From positions 37,324,001-37,388,000 of the forward strand of contig NC_079166.1 in NCBI RefSeq assembly GCF_947568905.1: DNA of 64,000 bases, given 5' to 3'. The number at the start of each line of letters is the position of its first letter. The stretch's first letter is position 1. The translations under genes were made by a program, and so were the position numbers. This document shows, in pieces, positions 43,754 to 58,900 of this stretch. The notes below the pieces were generated by a model that saw only the letters and a list, made by a program, of their open reading frames with translations, was not told the DNA's origin and made no database searches. Source of the DNA: Ostrea edulis (lineage: Eukaryota).

Positions 43754-45098
43754 ATGGCGGACAACTTGGTCATCAAGAAAGCAAACACCAGCCCGTCTCC
43801 ATTCCTGGATGATGAGGAGGGTATCACGGACAGCGAAGATTCTCTGATGATCGATAGCGAGGAGGAACACCAAATCAGCCAAAGCGCCGAACTTAGGTTC
43901 AGGAGATCGCCCATGTTGGGGGGCCCCAACTCCCAGGAGATTGAAAATTATGAGAACCTGAGACGTCAGATGGAAAATAAAAACACCCAAAGAAAGACTG
44001 ACACGGATATCAGAATTGTCATCAGCTATCTGCGCTCAGTGGATGAGAGCAGAAATCCGGAAGACGTTCCAGCCTCCGAACTGGACCGATATTTGTCGAC
44101 TTTTTTTACGATCGTAAAGAAGCACGACGGGAATGAGTACGAACCGGCGAGTCTGCGCGGGATGCTGTGTAGCGTCGAACGCTACCTTAAAATGAAACAT
44201 TACCACACTTCTGTTACCAGGGATCCCGTTTTCACATGTACCAGACACGCGCTCAAGTACAAGCAACAAAGACTTAGAGAAATAGGCAAAGGCATCAAGA
44301 AACCGACCGAACCACTGGGTAAATTGGGCTTTGATCGCGTGCACCAGTTATTTTCTGAACAGGAAATGGGACCACACACCCCGATGTCTGTCATCAACAC
44401 TTTGTGTTTCGTCATCATAGTTCACTTTAGATTACGAAAAGCGATAGATCATAAGAACTTGTTATGGGGCGATATGAAGTTAAAAGCTGATTCTGAAGGA
44501 AACGAATACCTTGTATATCAGCCAGTGACCGTGACCACCCAAAGCTTGAAAGCCACGAGAATGAACGACTCTAAACTTTGTATTTGGAGCAAACCCGAAC
44601 TAAAAGACAGAGATCCGGTGAACATATACAAATTATACGCTAAGAAAAGACCCCCCAGCATGCAGCATGATAATTCTCCGTTCTATCTCGGAATAACGAC
44701 CATCAACCCAACTCCAATGCAGTCCTGGTACCGCACCTGCGCCATGGGAGTCAATAAACTTAGCGATCTAGTGCGTATGATCCGCAGCATCACAGGACTT
44801 CCGCGCACTGCGCTTGACGGATCAACCGAGAGCATTTTGTCTGCCAACTTTTCTATGCCGTCTACGGATGATCGTCTGCCGTACTCCTACAAACCAATTC
44901 CGCCCGTGCCAAACTATACGCCCATCAAACCGAAACCTGACTTGTCGGGGGAATCGACAGAAGGAACCGGCTTGGCGGAAACAACCGAAGATGTTGATGA
45001 AGCCTCGCGCTCCAGGTGTCTCTCCGCTTCGGAAAGTCCGCTTTCGCCATCCGTCAGTGAGTGTCTGTCACCAATCAGCAATGAGAACCAAACAAAAG
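43754..45098 (+). CDS. DUF3504 gene exon 1
   Basis: Long ORF with donor AAAG|gtacaa at 45099. Confidence 0.88.
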
Positions 45099-47906
45099 GT
45101 ACAACATTATATACAATGTATTGCAAAGTAAATAGTAAATTACAGTGTATTTAAATACAATTTCGAATGTTTTATTTTTTTTGCGTGACATGCTTTCTGA
45201 TGTCTCCTCCTTAAAAATTCAAAACTCTGTAAACCAACTTTTATTCACGACGGCTCTATTTTGAGATGTACTAATGATGAACTTGTTCGGGGCGACAAAT
45301 TTTCGTTACCAAAATTACCTTTAAAATACAAGAAACATTAAAGGACTGGTTCGACGCAAGATATATTCGCGATAATGAAGTTCTCGTTAACCTCGCGAAA
45401 TTTTTTCGCACGCGATTAAAAGATGATTTACAGTATGTAATAACAAAAATATTTACTAAGATCGTAAGTACTACACATGTTTACAGTGTACATTTGAAGG
45501 AACAGTGAACAAACACTGAAACAGTGTTACATTCTGACATTAGATATATTTAAAACATGCCATTAAGAATTAACATTACAATGATATTTAAGATGTTTAA
45601 TGCTGAGCATTGTATTTGAAGCAAGTTCATGTTAAAAGACAAACATCTAAACATATACTAAATGAAACAATCCCTAAAATTATATACAATTCTACATCAG
45701 CTCAATAGTCTCATCAAATGCCCAGGTACCGAGAGTTTTCGTCGAAGAAGGAGATAGTTTCTTTTAGATAACAAATAAAAGGAGAATGACTTAATAATTT
45801 TTAAGCTTTCCCCCTTATGCCCTGTTTACCAAAAAAAATGATAGTTTTTTTTAAATGACGCTACTATTCAAACAACCAGAATCGAAAATAATGTCACGTG
45901 GTCAAATTATATAGTGAAAGTGTGGAGATCATGGCAGGGTGCTGTAGGCTGATATGCAGCTTAGAGTTTGTCCGAATTCGTGAAGTAGTCTTTATTTTCT
46001 AGATATTATTTAAAGCTGTATTACATTACTATATAAGATTTATGAAATTATAAATTTTCACCATTTCCTAAAAACAGTCCACCCAAACAACGTTTTTGAA
46101 ATAACCACACATTTGCACGAAGAAGTAGACCTTAGTCTTTAATATAAGACTAGAAAGCCTTTTATCTAAATGTAAAATCTGTTACTCATAATATCATAAT
46201 GAGCAAGATAGAAGTCGTTAAACTGTATCGCTGATAAATCACAAACTAGGACAACCTATCAAGGGAATTTGTTCCAATATGGATAACTTGTCATGTATGT
46301 AGATTGTTATAAATTCCATATGTACCGACCATTATCAATATGTAGGGTTTTGGGATTAGGAGAAATACTATCAAATATATTTTGGGTTTCAGGTGAACAG
46401 TCAACACCTCTGCAAAGAGCCAAGCAAGCAATCTGCGGAATTCTTCAGACATTGGAGCGATCGGACGCGAAAGAGTTAGAGAAATGGTTGAAGCAGTCTT
46501 GTACGGATGCGAATGGTAAGGCGTCAAAGAACAGTTTAAACTCGATAAAAGTTTTTTTGTATCTTATATGCCCACATTATTGGCAAGTACATTAGAAGGC
46601 AGCTATATCTACATGAATCTACGTTACAAACTTTGACATTCTTAACTTCCATACAGGATGGGATGTTTACAGTCACCTGACCTGTCCCTTTTTTTCTCTC
46701 TCTGCCAATTTCTAATCTTTAAGATGAAATCTGGAAGTAAATCGACAGCGTAATTGTCTGTTGATGTGATGTAAAAGGCACATGCAATAGAACATATGAA
46801 AAGTACAATTTTACAAGTAACGCATGCATGCAGTCTTTATATACCTATGTATATTCAATAGTATTAAAAATAGCTACACAAATACATTATAATGAGGCAG
46901 TAACTCTATTTGTAAACTCTCGTCTAGGCGAAAACGGAAAAGTCGACCTACCTACCCTATTGTTTTTAGCAAATGACCGTAAATACACATTATGTTTTTT
47001 AATTCTAGAGGTTATAAATATATTGGTACTAGAAAACGTCAAGTTTCCAATGCAGTGTTAATGACTCTGTCTCTTGATGAAATATCAATCATACTTTCAC
47101 TTTACGCATGGATACAATGTCATGAATATATGTTTCGTTCTCAAAACATGCCAGTTATTCTGACTGAAAACCTGCTCTTTTCAGCCGAGGGTACTTCTGA
47201 AACTTGTATAAAAGAGGAAGAAGATGATGACGACGAGGGTGACAGTACGACACATATTACGCTTAAAATGACCTTTAACCCACGCGCACGACCCGGGAAA
47301 GAACCAATCAAAATAAATTCTGTGGTAACTAATCAATTAGGCAAAAATTGCGAAACCAAAACTTGCAACGAAAGTAATGGGACGGACGGTGTTCAGAGTG
47401 CACGCAAAAGAAGTCCTGTCGCACTGGACATCGCCAATGAAGACAGCACGTTTTCATATCCCTGTAAAAGAAACAAAATTCATACACCAAATCCCGTCAA
47501 TCTCACCAATGAAAATTCATCAAATGCTATGACATCACATGACGATGAACTGAAGATACGGAAATCATCAGAAGATATGGCTTCTAGTTCTCCCATTGGT
47601 AGTGTCGCGGTATCGCATATATCAGATCATTTGACTTCACCAAGTACAGAAATTCTACCTAACTTCTCATCCACTTATAGTACAGTTCCGCACGCTCATA
47701 TGGCACCGGCGCATGCGCAGCGCCCGCCATTCTTTGGCACCCATGACCCTAACTGGTCCACCTCCCTACCTTATCCCGCCTTGTACCACAGAGGAGGAAT
47801 GGAGACTATCACACCAATGACCGCGCACTGCAGTTACACACAGTACCAGTTCGCGCAGTCACTTCACTCGGCAAGTTCGTGCCAGTTCCCACAAAACAAT
47901 CTGTAG
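43754..47906 (+). CDS. DUF3504-containing protein (Crypton tyrosine-recombinase-derived, KIAA1958/ZMYM/QRICH1-like), 3 exons, 729 aa
   Basis: Exons 43754-45098, 46393-46515 and 47185-47906, all GT-AG and phase 1. Motifs: ELDRYLSTFF..V.K.DG.EYEP.SL, FRLR...H..L.WGD, DPV..Y..Y..KRP, FYL, WY....MG.NKL. Confidence 0.85.
46393..46515 (+). CDS. DUF3504 gene exon 2
   Basis: tttcag acceptor and gtaagg donor; 123 nt, in phase. Confidence 0.8.
47185..47906 (+). CDS. DUF3504 gene exon 3 (acidic, Ser/Pro-rich tail)
   Basis: cttttcag acceptor in frame with ORF 46992..47906. Confidence 0.8.
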
Positions 47907-48538
47907 CCGTTCTGAGATGTTTGTGTACATTTATAATTTCAACCAATATATTGAATGAATCTGGGTTGTTTTTTTTTAGCAACTTTGAATATGTAAAATT
48001 AAAATGAGATATCAGCATGGATTCATGTTCATTTGAGTAAACGTACTACACGTATTATGGTATAACATCATGGTGAAATTAATTCAATATATTCCACAGC
48101 GTCTTAATCCCCCCCCCCCTGCCTAATTTCAATATTACATCCAGCGATGCGACCCCTTTCATTGAATATAGGTACTGACTTTCTTGTTCTCTAAACAGTT
48201 TCGTTTTCGTTCCGATCCGAAGAATTATTGTATTGCCAATATGAATTTCTTTATATATGAGACAAACTGACGCATAACACAGATAAGAATACGAAAATAC
48301 CCTCATAGTCAGACAAAGAAGTAGAGCTCTCCAAACAGAACCATTATTCCTGTAGTACGTAACCAAATTAGGGCATATATAAACCTTTTCCCGAGTGACC
48401 TTCACCTCTTCCAAATAACGTTGAAACATGCCACATCATCTGGTTACAATCTGTAATTCTGCCAAGGATGAACATTAAATACCTCTGTATTTTGCTATAT
48501 CACATTTCGATCGTGATATCTGAAATACGGTACTCTTA

Positions 48539-49166
48539 AGCCCCATTCACATGCCCTGATTTGCTCACGGGATGCAAATTCTGCATATACATGTATACAA
48601 AATCTGCACCCGGGTGTAAATTTTAGCATGTGAACGCAATTGCATATATGCAAAAGTAAATATACATATGTGCAAATATACACCCGGGTGTAAATCTGCA
48701 CCTACTCAGACCAGATGCTTTACTTTTGCATATGTGTATATTTACTCCTAGTGAATTTTTTTCATGTGAACGCACACACCGTATACAACGTCACACTCGA
48801 GGAGTCGTCACTGTGGATCACGAGGGATCGGCTCCGAAGAGGAACAAACGCAGTATCACCGACTATGATATCGCTTTTCTCATAAAATACACCGTATTTC
48901 TGCAAACATTATATTGCATAGAGTGTCGTAGACATATCTTGATCAATCAAATTTGTCACCGAAGCCTACACAGTAAGGGAAAATCCTCCTTCTCAATCGA
49001 AAATAATCCGCCATCTTTAACAAACTTCGAGATTCATTGCCATTTGACCCTAATTTGTTAAGTACCATGTGAACGCTTAGCAAATAGACTTTTACACACG
49101 GATGCAATTTTTGCATATATGCAAAATTTGCACCTCGTGAGTAAATCAGCGCATGTGAACGGGGCT
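48539..49166. mobile_element. PIF/Harbinger-like MITE
   Basis: TIR AGCCCC(A/G)TTCACATG; left flank TTA, right flank TTC; internal gcatatatgc and cacccgggtg palindromes. Confidence 0.6.
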
Positions 49167-49169
49167 TTC

Positions 49170-49566
49170 GTGTTTATGGAATTTGGCAAGTGGTTTGACA
49201 AACAAGTTGATGGTACAGGGATTTCAACAGTCTCGATTGAAGTCAGCATTTCGCAAATTCTATGGTCGTTATAACGATCTAGTTCGTCAATACAACCTCG
49301 CATTAGGTCAAATGCTGTCTGACGTGTTTCATACCGTTTGTTAAGCCGTTCTTGGCACACTGATTTTGACTGCGGATAACTCCGTTTACCTGATCAGGAT
49401 ATGGGGCTCACGGCGGGTGTGACCGGTCAACAGGGGATGCTTACTCCTCCTAGGCACCTGATCCCACCTCTGGTGTGTCCAGGGGTCCGTGTTTGCCCAA
49501 CTATCTATTTTGTATTGCTTGTAGGAGTTATGAGATTAATCACTGTTCGTTATCTTCACCTTGCAT
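49170..49566 (+). mobile_element. Penelope-like 3' fragment
   Basis: Highly similar to 38050-38428. Confidence 0.85.
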
Positions 49567-50490
49567 TTAACTGAAGGTAATTTCCGCGATTGTAACATAA
49601 GCTTTTTTTTTTTTTTATCTCAAGTAACCACATACTGGTCAAATGCTAATAGTTGGCTATTTGCAGCGTACTTTTCCGGATGATGGTTTCTGCCATTTAC
49701 GATTTGTAAACCACGAAGCATTTCATTACAAGCATATTTAAGCAATTTACACAATTTATCTGATCTGTGCTTTTTAAAAGGGGAAAATGTTCAAGAGGAG
49801 TCTCGGTGATAAGTTTAGTCTGTAACAATATCATAGATAAAAATCCACAGACTATTTGTGGAGGTGTAAGGGGGGGGGGACCCGAATGACAACTCTCGAT
49901 AGAGATGGGGAAATTCATATTGATATCAATCATAAATCTAAGCGGAATGTTTTTGTTTTCAAAAATAAAACTTTGACATGCGTCCTGGTGTGCGTGGATT
50001 TTCCCCGTTTGCCTAGTGGCCTTATTTTTGGTTCCATATCAAAGAACCAGCCAACATAACCGCTAACTCCAAAATTATAGTGTTCACTTTCATATTAATA
50101 GAAAGAGGTTTAAGCACTGTCTGGCCATGTCGTCTCATGCATGATAAACATACACGTATGCTTACCATGTAGAGTAGCACAGTTGCTCGTTAATTTATTA
50201 GAAATATGTTCATGACAATATCAAGATGGAATATTTCTTTAGGAGTTTCTTTGTAGTAATAAATTTTTAAAAAAAAACAGAACGAGAAATAGCAGAATAT
50301 TCATTAACGAGATTTATTGCAAACACCCTTATGTGACATGAAAGGAAATAGCATAATAATGTTATCACAATAAAATATAATTATATTATCATACTTTATC
50401 TATATAATTACGTATATTTATTGAGACAAATCATTACAATACGCAAATACAGTAAACAATATATCTTTATACATATACTAATAGTACAGT

Positions 50491-51362
50491 TCAAATAACC
50501 ACAATCTCGTCTTCCACCTCTGATTTGACCAGAACATTGGGATGCCTTGATTTAATATGTCTATCCAAATCCCGTCGTCTGACCAGAATTTTCCCGCAAT
50601 GGTCACATCTGTACGGCGTCTGTCCTTCAGCGTGAAGGCGAACGTGTTTGTTTAGATTACTTGGATCACCGAATGGGCGAAGACAAACTTTGCACTTTAA
50701 CGGTTTATATCCCGTGTGCGTGCGCAGATGGATTTTCAAGCCGTACTTCCGGGAGTAGAGTTTTCCGCAGTACAAACACAGATGCCCTTTCTGTGATTTA
50801 TCGGCGAAGAAAGATTTCGGAAGTAAGTCCAGTGGCTCCCCCTCTACGTCACCAGGAAGCGGAAGCTTGAATTTTTCGATAACCTCATTTTTGTATGAAT
50901 TATCCGATTGTCTGCTTTTGAACTCAGTTCGCCATTCTTGTAAAGAACTTTCCAATGTAGGCATTCTGCTACCTGGTATAAAATATGGGGCCAAAAATTT
51001 GCCGTAGACGAAATCACGTGACTGGAGAGTCATCACAGGGGCAAGAGACATTGGAAAGAACGGAAATGACGGATACTGATGGTATTCACCAGAGTGTAAT
51101 TCTGTAGCGCGGCATTGCAGGGCTCTCAATCTTGGAGAGTAAAAAGCACTGCTCTGAGCTCTGAAATCCATGCCGTATTTGCTGCGCTCCAAAGTAGAAT
51201 TTTGAATATTTCCTGAAGTAGCGGCGTCTAGAAATGGTCTGAAGAGTGTCTGTGGTGGTTGGGTCATGGCGTCCTTTGTGCATTTAAACAGGATATGGGC
51301 CTTCAGGGGGTTGGGGTATTTGAACGTCTTCCCACATGAATCACAAACATAGCATTCTTTAC
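50491..51362 (-). CDS. PRDM13: PRDM13 exon 3 (zinc fingers)
   Basis: tttccag acceptor at 51363-51364; extends ORF 50491..51267 by ZF1. Confidence 0.95.
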
Positions 51363-54300
51363 CTGGAAATGTATGAAAAAAATATTTCTCATTAATTTCT
51401 CTATGGATTTTGTATAATGAGACAAAAGCAAAGAAATGTATGGCGGATTTTGAGAGACCTAGCAGTTTTTAAAAAAGCGAGAATTAGATACCTAATACCC
51501 TGCATGAAAAGGGTAGAGGTAACGAGCAGTGATCAATCTCATAAATCTTACAAAGAATACAAAATCGAGAACAGGACCAAAATGGACCCCTGGCCACACC
51601 AGATGTGGGATCAGGTGCCTAGGAGGAAAAAGCATCCCCTCTTGACCGGTCACACCCTCCATGAATCCTCTATATCTTGATCAGGTAAACAGAGAAAATA
51701 CTCAATCTGCTTCCAATCACTAATCTTGTAGCCTTTAATGGATTAAATCCTGAATAATCAAAATAGTCTATATGTACATTTGTCTTTTACTCTTATCGTG
51801 TTAAAGCGATAGAATATGAAAGTTAAATTTCCATATCTGATTTTAAAAACATATTAGATAACAATGAATTTCAATGATAATTTTTGCCGTATGATTGCAA
51901 ATATAGATATTAGGACGTACAAAAGTTACAAATACTTTTGTCTGCAATACGTAGATTTATTAATCTACATGTATATCTACAACAAACTTCAAATATAACA
52001 GAATATTGCGAGTCTTTGTGCTTATCAATGAGGAGGAACTAAGCAATTTGACCCTTTTGCTCTGCAAATTCAACATTACTGTTTCAAATTCGCTATTGTT
52101 ACAATTATCGTGATTAAAAATCAATGTATATTAAAAAATAAATATAAAAATAAAATGATCGAAATTAACAATCTTACAAATGTACAAATACTTCTCTTTG
52201 AAATATCCAATTGTGCTCTTTTTGCATTTAAAGTTTTTTGAAAAGCTTGTACATATAAATTTTCTGTCAACATGACACTTTCTGTTTTGTTAATCTATGA
52301 TTTAAAAAAGGAATTCGCAGATAGAAAGCATATAAAGGGGGGGGGGGGGGGGGGAGGAGAATTACACCGATTTTCAGCTCTTCCTTCTGAAAAATCTTCC
52401 GACACAAAATAAAGATCCTTCCAAACATTGTATGCAAATGAAATCTTGTTTCAAATGCTTGATTTTTACAGAATTGAATTTATTAATGATGTCAAAATGA
52501 AAATGAAATTTCCGTAAACACAATACAATTTACAAGATCTGGGCAATTTGTTGCAAAACTCTCAGGACACTGAGCCATGTGATTAATTCATCAAACAATT
52601 TCTTCTGATTTGTTTCTCATGAAATGTATAAAGATTTATGAAATATATTTCATCTTGATGATTTGTTTAATTAACTAGACGTAAACGTTAAATCTTTCAT
52701 TCATGGTTACAGACTTTATAGACTTAAAAAACCTTCATATCATCATCGCAGAATCTCCCGGAATACTACATTTTTAACAAGGACCCTGTTTTTATCTAAA
52801 GATGGATTTGGCAAAAGAAAAATAATAAAAGAAAAAATAAAACCCAATGTCTACTTTGGACAAAACCATAAACTCTATTAGTTTGCAGAACAAAATGAAT
52901 TCTCCATTTCTACATGCGACTATTCATTACTAGTAATGATTTTGACTTTGAAAATGTAGTTACGCAAGTAGCCTAATAGCTGCTGTGTTCTGAGAAAATT
53001 GGAATGATAAAAGGCCGTAACACTGAAAAAGAAAATCTACGATATCATATATTCCCATCTTCCTTGCATAATGCAAGCTATAATGTGCAAAAAGTCTCAG
53101 AAAAAGTTCCTGGGTACCGACCTTGTATGTTGACTAGTGACAGGAAAGGAACACCGCACTGTCTGGCCAGGTCGTCTCCGTACCACGCCAATACCTCCTC
53201 TCCTCCCCTTAGCCTCCGCAAGGTTCTTAAATAAACAACCCCATCATCGGAGCGAAAAAATTCGGTATTCTGCTCGTGCCGGTCTCGTGCGGGGCGTACT
53301 CCTCTCAGCCAGTCACTGGCCGCTTTCAGCTCCGGAACGATCGTGTCATCTTGAAATTTCACCTGGTAATTAAAAAGTTAAACACTTGACATATTTCAAC
53401 CTTAAAACAAATATTGAATCTAGTTGATAATTTCCTTTATACGAGTATTAAGTAAAATGTGATTAATATCGATGAATAATCCGTGTACATATTGACAGAG
53501 GTGATCAACTGGAGGCAGATTTGATGCAATGGATATTTTGTTCCTTTCCAGTCGTGTTGCTAGTGGGGATTAGAATTTCATGCTATTGTTTTCCCCTTAA
53601 ATCTTGGTCAACAAGAAAAAGGTTTTAATTTACACCTGTCTGACCCACCGGAGACACTGTTACCACTGCTTGCTACAGTGTCTATACCGTTTATTTGCAC
53701 TTAAAGGATATCCCCCATCCACACCAAATAAAGCGATCAAATAGAGCGAAATCCCCAAATCTAATATAATAGGATAATAAAGACACGGGAACGGCAGCGG
53801 CTCTGATAGATGCAAACAGCGGCACGTTCGGTTGGATGCATTAATTAAAATATCTTCTACATGATGCAACTGCAAAGTCGGGAAAAGCAGCAAAACCCCG
53901 ATCAATTTTTCGGGGAGACGAATCTTTAAAGATGGTTTAGTACAATTGCGTCGTGAAGGCCTTGTCAAAATTGTGGACACTGTGACCACGTCGGCACGCG
54001 CTGTGCACGAGAATACGGCCACTTGATTCATCTCGACATTTTAATGCATCCTCGCAGCGACCATTTTCCACTTCACTTGAAACAAATGACCCACTTGCAG
54101 GCCTCTTCAGAAAATGATTTGTACAAAATTTTGCCGATTTATTGATAAATAACACAACTAATTACATGTTCCGTCCCTTTCCCTTCCGTACGTCTTGTGT
54201 CAAATTGAAAATCACTGAACAACTTCGAAGAGGCAAATTACATGGGTCTGGTTTTACCGGGAGCCCCAAGTATTGCCCTCGGCCATCTGACTCGGTCAAT

Positions 54301-55868
54301 TAATCAACTCTCATATGACACATTCCCAAACAGAATACCTCTGTAAGTGGACAATGTGCAAGACAAACCTTTCTGATCTGAAAGGTCGAGTGCTACAATT
54401 TACTTTCTACCATTGCCGAGTGCCTCATTACCACAGACGATGGCCGAGAATGGTTAAAAGCATGAACTAAAACAGCCTGTTAAAGGCTTTACAAGGTGCG
54501 GTACAGTCTGCTTGCAAATGTATCTTAAATCACTCTTTTCAAAGATGGAATTCATCTTTTAAAAAGGGACACGAGTTCTGTGCTTTTGATTGAAAGGAGA
54601 TCGAGATTCAGATGAAAGGATATGAAGCCCACTTTTGCACTCGAGCCTTTAATGATTTCGGTCGTAAATATGAATCATTTTGTAAGAATATAACATATAA
54701 ATTTTCAGAAATGATATTTTTTAAAACAAATTACAAAGAATTTAGATCTTTTATTATCGGTAGTACAGCAGATTGTTATAGTTTTGAATTCCCGGAATTT
54801 TAAAACTTGAACGTATCATATTTCTATTAAAAAATTTAATCAGGAACAGTCCATTTGACCCGCCCCTAACCCCTCCCAGTAATCCTATCAGTAATCCTAT
54901 ACACACGCCCAAATAAGCCGCCCAACACTCGCCATTTTCTGATTTTAGTCTATTGTATTCGATCAAATGATGTTTTCTAGATTCTGGTGATAACATGCTT
55001 GACACCGAATTCTCACTGTCGATCTGTTCATCTAATATCTTTTCATACTTTAACTGAATTGAAATGTTTAAATCATTTAAAGGGTATATCTCGCCCTTAA
55101 CGACCCACTTCCTTGATAATTCAAAATTATGAACCCAAATAAGTTTTTTATTTGATCGGTTTTTCAACATAAATATCGCTAAATTAAAAACAGATTTTAC
55201 ATGTACGTATTTGATTTTATCTTTTAAATTCATTAATCATTAGTCATTCAAACAAAACTTGTAACACCAAATCCATTAAAAGAAATCCAGTGGATTGAAT
55301 TCTGTATATTGATAATATTTACCACATTGAAAATGACATTACTTCAAAATCGCAGTTTTAATTTAAAGCAATAAAAGTGACGTTTTCGGTGAAGAACTAC
55401 GACAGACATATTAAATGCATGATTTCTGATGTCGAATCACTAAAAATGGCATGGAAGTGGCCGTAAATATTGTTATGGTTTTGCCACAGAAGACTTGAAA
55501 TTTGATAAAAATATATTTCAAATATCAAAGATTTCTGTTGAATATTCTAAAAACACATTTTCGGGACCAATTAGTCCCTTATCATATATAACTCTACGCT
55601 TTTGAAATAATGGAGGGTGTAGGTGCGCAATCGCCAATATCCAATACAATGTATCTCATATCTATAGTCAATTTGCACATTTGTTCGAGTATAACCGCGG
55701 TCAATATTTCCCAATGGAAAACAGCAAAGAAAAAAAGTACGATATCATGCATGCACTAATAAAATGTTACAAATCATTTTCATGGCGACATACCAGTAAC
55801 CCAATGATTACGTCATAATAAAATTCACTTTGAGGGGAATTATATTCCTGTAGTTTTTCTTTCTTTCT

Positions 55869-55909
<41 letters not shown>

Positions 55910-58900
55910 TAGTTTTTATCATGGTATATTTAAATTTTAAAATCAGATGCGGACACGTACATACAACTCTTCTAGTTCGGACAGCCATAGTAAATTTAAC
56001 ACTGTGAGCGGGCTCATAAAACCGAGACAAGTTCACTTTAATTGAGTTTATTTAAGTTTTAAGGCCTTCATGACTTTGGTGCTCTCCAAGAAACTCACTT
56101 AATATATAAGCAACTATTTAGGTAAAGTTTGTTGTAGCCTCCTGTTACAAAAGAGATCTATAGTTTCAGATATCGTCATCAGATCAGTCACCACTATTGC
56201 TAGTATATCTGGCTGGTCGCGGAACAATCCAAGCTTTATAGAAAACGCGTATATCTGAGGCTAGTGTAACACCTCTAGATCAAACAATGCACCTACTCGC
56301 TCTGGACATCGTTGTGTAAATCACGAGAATTGGAACAGAAAAATGTATTAAATCGTCAAAATCTCTCAAATTGCTTTGACTCATTTAAAGTTTCAGTTGT
56401 AAATACATGTGGTAACACAGTCAAATATATACAAAAGACTACTGTATTTTGTCCCAAATAATAATTTAAACCTTTATTTTATCTTTGAAAAGAATATAAT
56501 CAAAATTTAATACTAGTTTTCTCTAAAGTTCAAATGAGATTGTATATATGCGAGTGTGTCACAAATCGGCTCACAACATAAACTGTTCTGTTGTGATACA
56601 CCAAGGCTTCTTTCAGTGATTTGCATGTTGTTTAAAGACTTTGATTTAAAATTCTAAATTCCAAATCAAATTAAATGTATGGTAATTTAAAGAGAAAAAT
56701 ACAAACAGTCTAGATACTAAAATATTCATGTCAGGAAGTTTGATACCAGTATTTTGGATTTTTGGACCAGAATCAATTTCTACAGATCGAATACAGGTTT
56801 CTTGAAAGCGTATTTTTTTTTTTAAATTTGGCTTCAAAGATCGATTACACTGAATCTGGATATACATGTACATGTACTAAATAAGAGAAAAATACGGCTT
56901 TCCGGAACAAAACGGTTTGAGGGGTTCTACTGATATAGTTTTCTAGTACATATTTTGGGCGTTTTAATGATCATATTAATTAATTAATTAGTATATCAGA
57001 CAAACATAGAAAAGGAAGAGGAGTACCAGCGAGGCTTTTCATCTGCAACAATGAACATAAATATCTTAACACGATGTACTATCAAGTATTCAATAATAAA
57101 GATAATGGCTTAATGGGTTGAGGAGAACAGACTAATTGATAAATTTAGATAATGAACGCACTGAGTTTGTTTATTAAATGTACAACATAAGTACTTGACA
57201 TTAAATCGCAGAAATTTAAAAGTATTCAGTTTATGCCAATATTTACCAGCCAGATAATTTTCCCGCGTATTTGACAAAGCCTTACATTCGATTACATTCT
57301 GACATTCATATAATTGCAAATGTTATGTATTCTTTCATTTCTTGGAGTTAAGTTTATTTGGCCAAAACCATGTATAGTTTCGGAGCATATTATGTACAGA
57401 CATACATAAAAAAAAAACATGCGTCATTTGTGATACCTTCAAATACACAAACCTCTATAGTTTCACGCAGATGCACCACAAGCAATGTATTTCCTTACTA
57501 TCGGCTAACAGTTACAATGAATGTAAATGAACACAGTACTGAAATGTGTTGCCATCAAAGGCAGTCGCGCCCTACAGCAAAAAAACATTTATATACATAC
57601 TAAATATTACATTTTAAAAAAAATAATTTTTATATAATCATTACGTATATAACGGTATATATACTACAGAGTGTTTAGAACTTTGGGCAGTAGCGATTTG
57701 ATGAAAAATACATAAGATTGTGCAGTCGTTTTCTCTCAGTAAGACTGGGGAATGAACGAGCTTAAAAGTATTCGGCTTTGTCCACTGATCTTTACATGTA
57801 CCACGCCAATGCCTAAGTGGTATTCATCTTCAAGTTCGTTACGCGAAGTGCGCGTTCTTTTCGAAGCTTCAGTACTAGTGTATATTTGGAGAATAGTACA
57901 ACTCTATCTGCTTAAACAACTGGGAGACCGTAATCATGTTACTAAATTTAATTGGCATATTTATAATTTTGAATTTAAGCGGTAAACTATTTAGCTATAG
58001 ACACCGTTGATCGAAATTCTTACGCAGGTCACTGAGCATGGCACGGATCTCATAAAAGTTTTTAATCCAAGAAAAAGAGGTGTCCTCAAAAAAGTTTTCA
58101 TAAATTTCAAGGAAAACGTATAGTATCCGAAAGTATGGCAAAGATAAATCAAGTATACTTAAAAAAAAATCAACAACTTCGGTAATGTTTTAAATAATTC
58201 TGACCAATGCACGTTACAGTAAGTTGAAAAGAAGGCAAATTATGAAATCTGATAACTATAACCAAAATTTTTTAGTTTACGTTTTTGAATTAAAAGTTCA
58301 ACCTGTTGAATTATTTTCATTTCCAAAGCTCTTAATAAGTCTTCCAGTTCATCTTATGAAAATTTCGGAATAGGCCCGTAGCATCTAAATTCAAGGCAAA
58401 CAACGTAAAGTGCAAGGGAGGACATACTTTTGACCAAAGGACAAAACTGATCTACGTGTTAGACCGAGCCAATGATGACTTGATTGCAACTTTACAAAAT
58501 CGGCAGAAATTGTACCTGCTAGAAAATTACTCAATAACATATAATTAATTTTTTGAACAAATTAATAATTTGAAAACGTATTTTTTGTTTGGTTTTTCTT
58601 TTGAAATACTGAATTTCTTAATTTGCAGAGATTTTATATAAAAAATATATATATATCGTGATATTTAAGTATATTTTGATTATATTTGAAAACACAAACC
58701 TGTGAAATGATCGTGATTCACCTGTGAATTTAAAGTAAATTAAATAAATAGAAAACAAATAGCAAATATTAAATAAATGAATGAAATAATAAATGTGGAA
58801 CTGAAAAAATAATTAATGAATACCAACCTTTATCGTGACATCGGTTGGTAAATCGTCTGATGAATTCCGACCAAATTGAAATTCTCCAGGATATGGACCA

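Noticed and set aside
45099-45154. C-terminus TTLYTMYCKVNSKLQCI of ORF 43754..45154
   Set aside because: It is read-through past a donor site that fits the downstream exons in phase.
46992-47184. ORF 46992..47906 as an independent gene
   Set aside because: The 5' part is intron; the remainder splices in phase as exon 3 of the DUF3504 gene.
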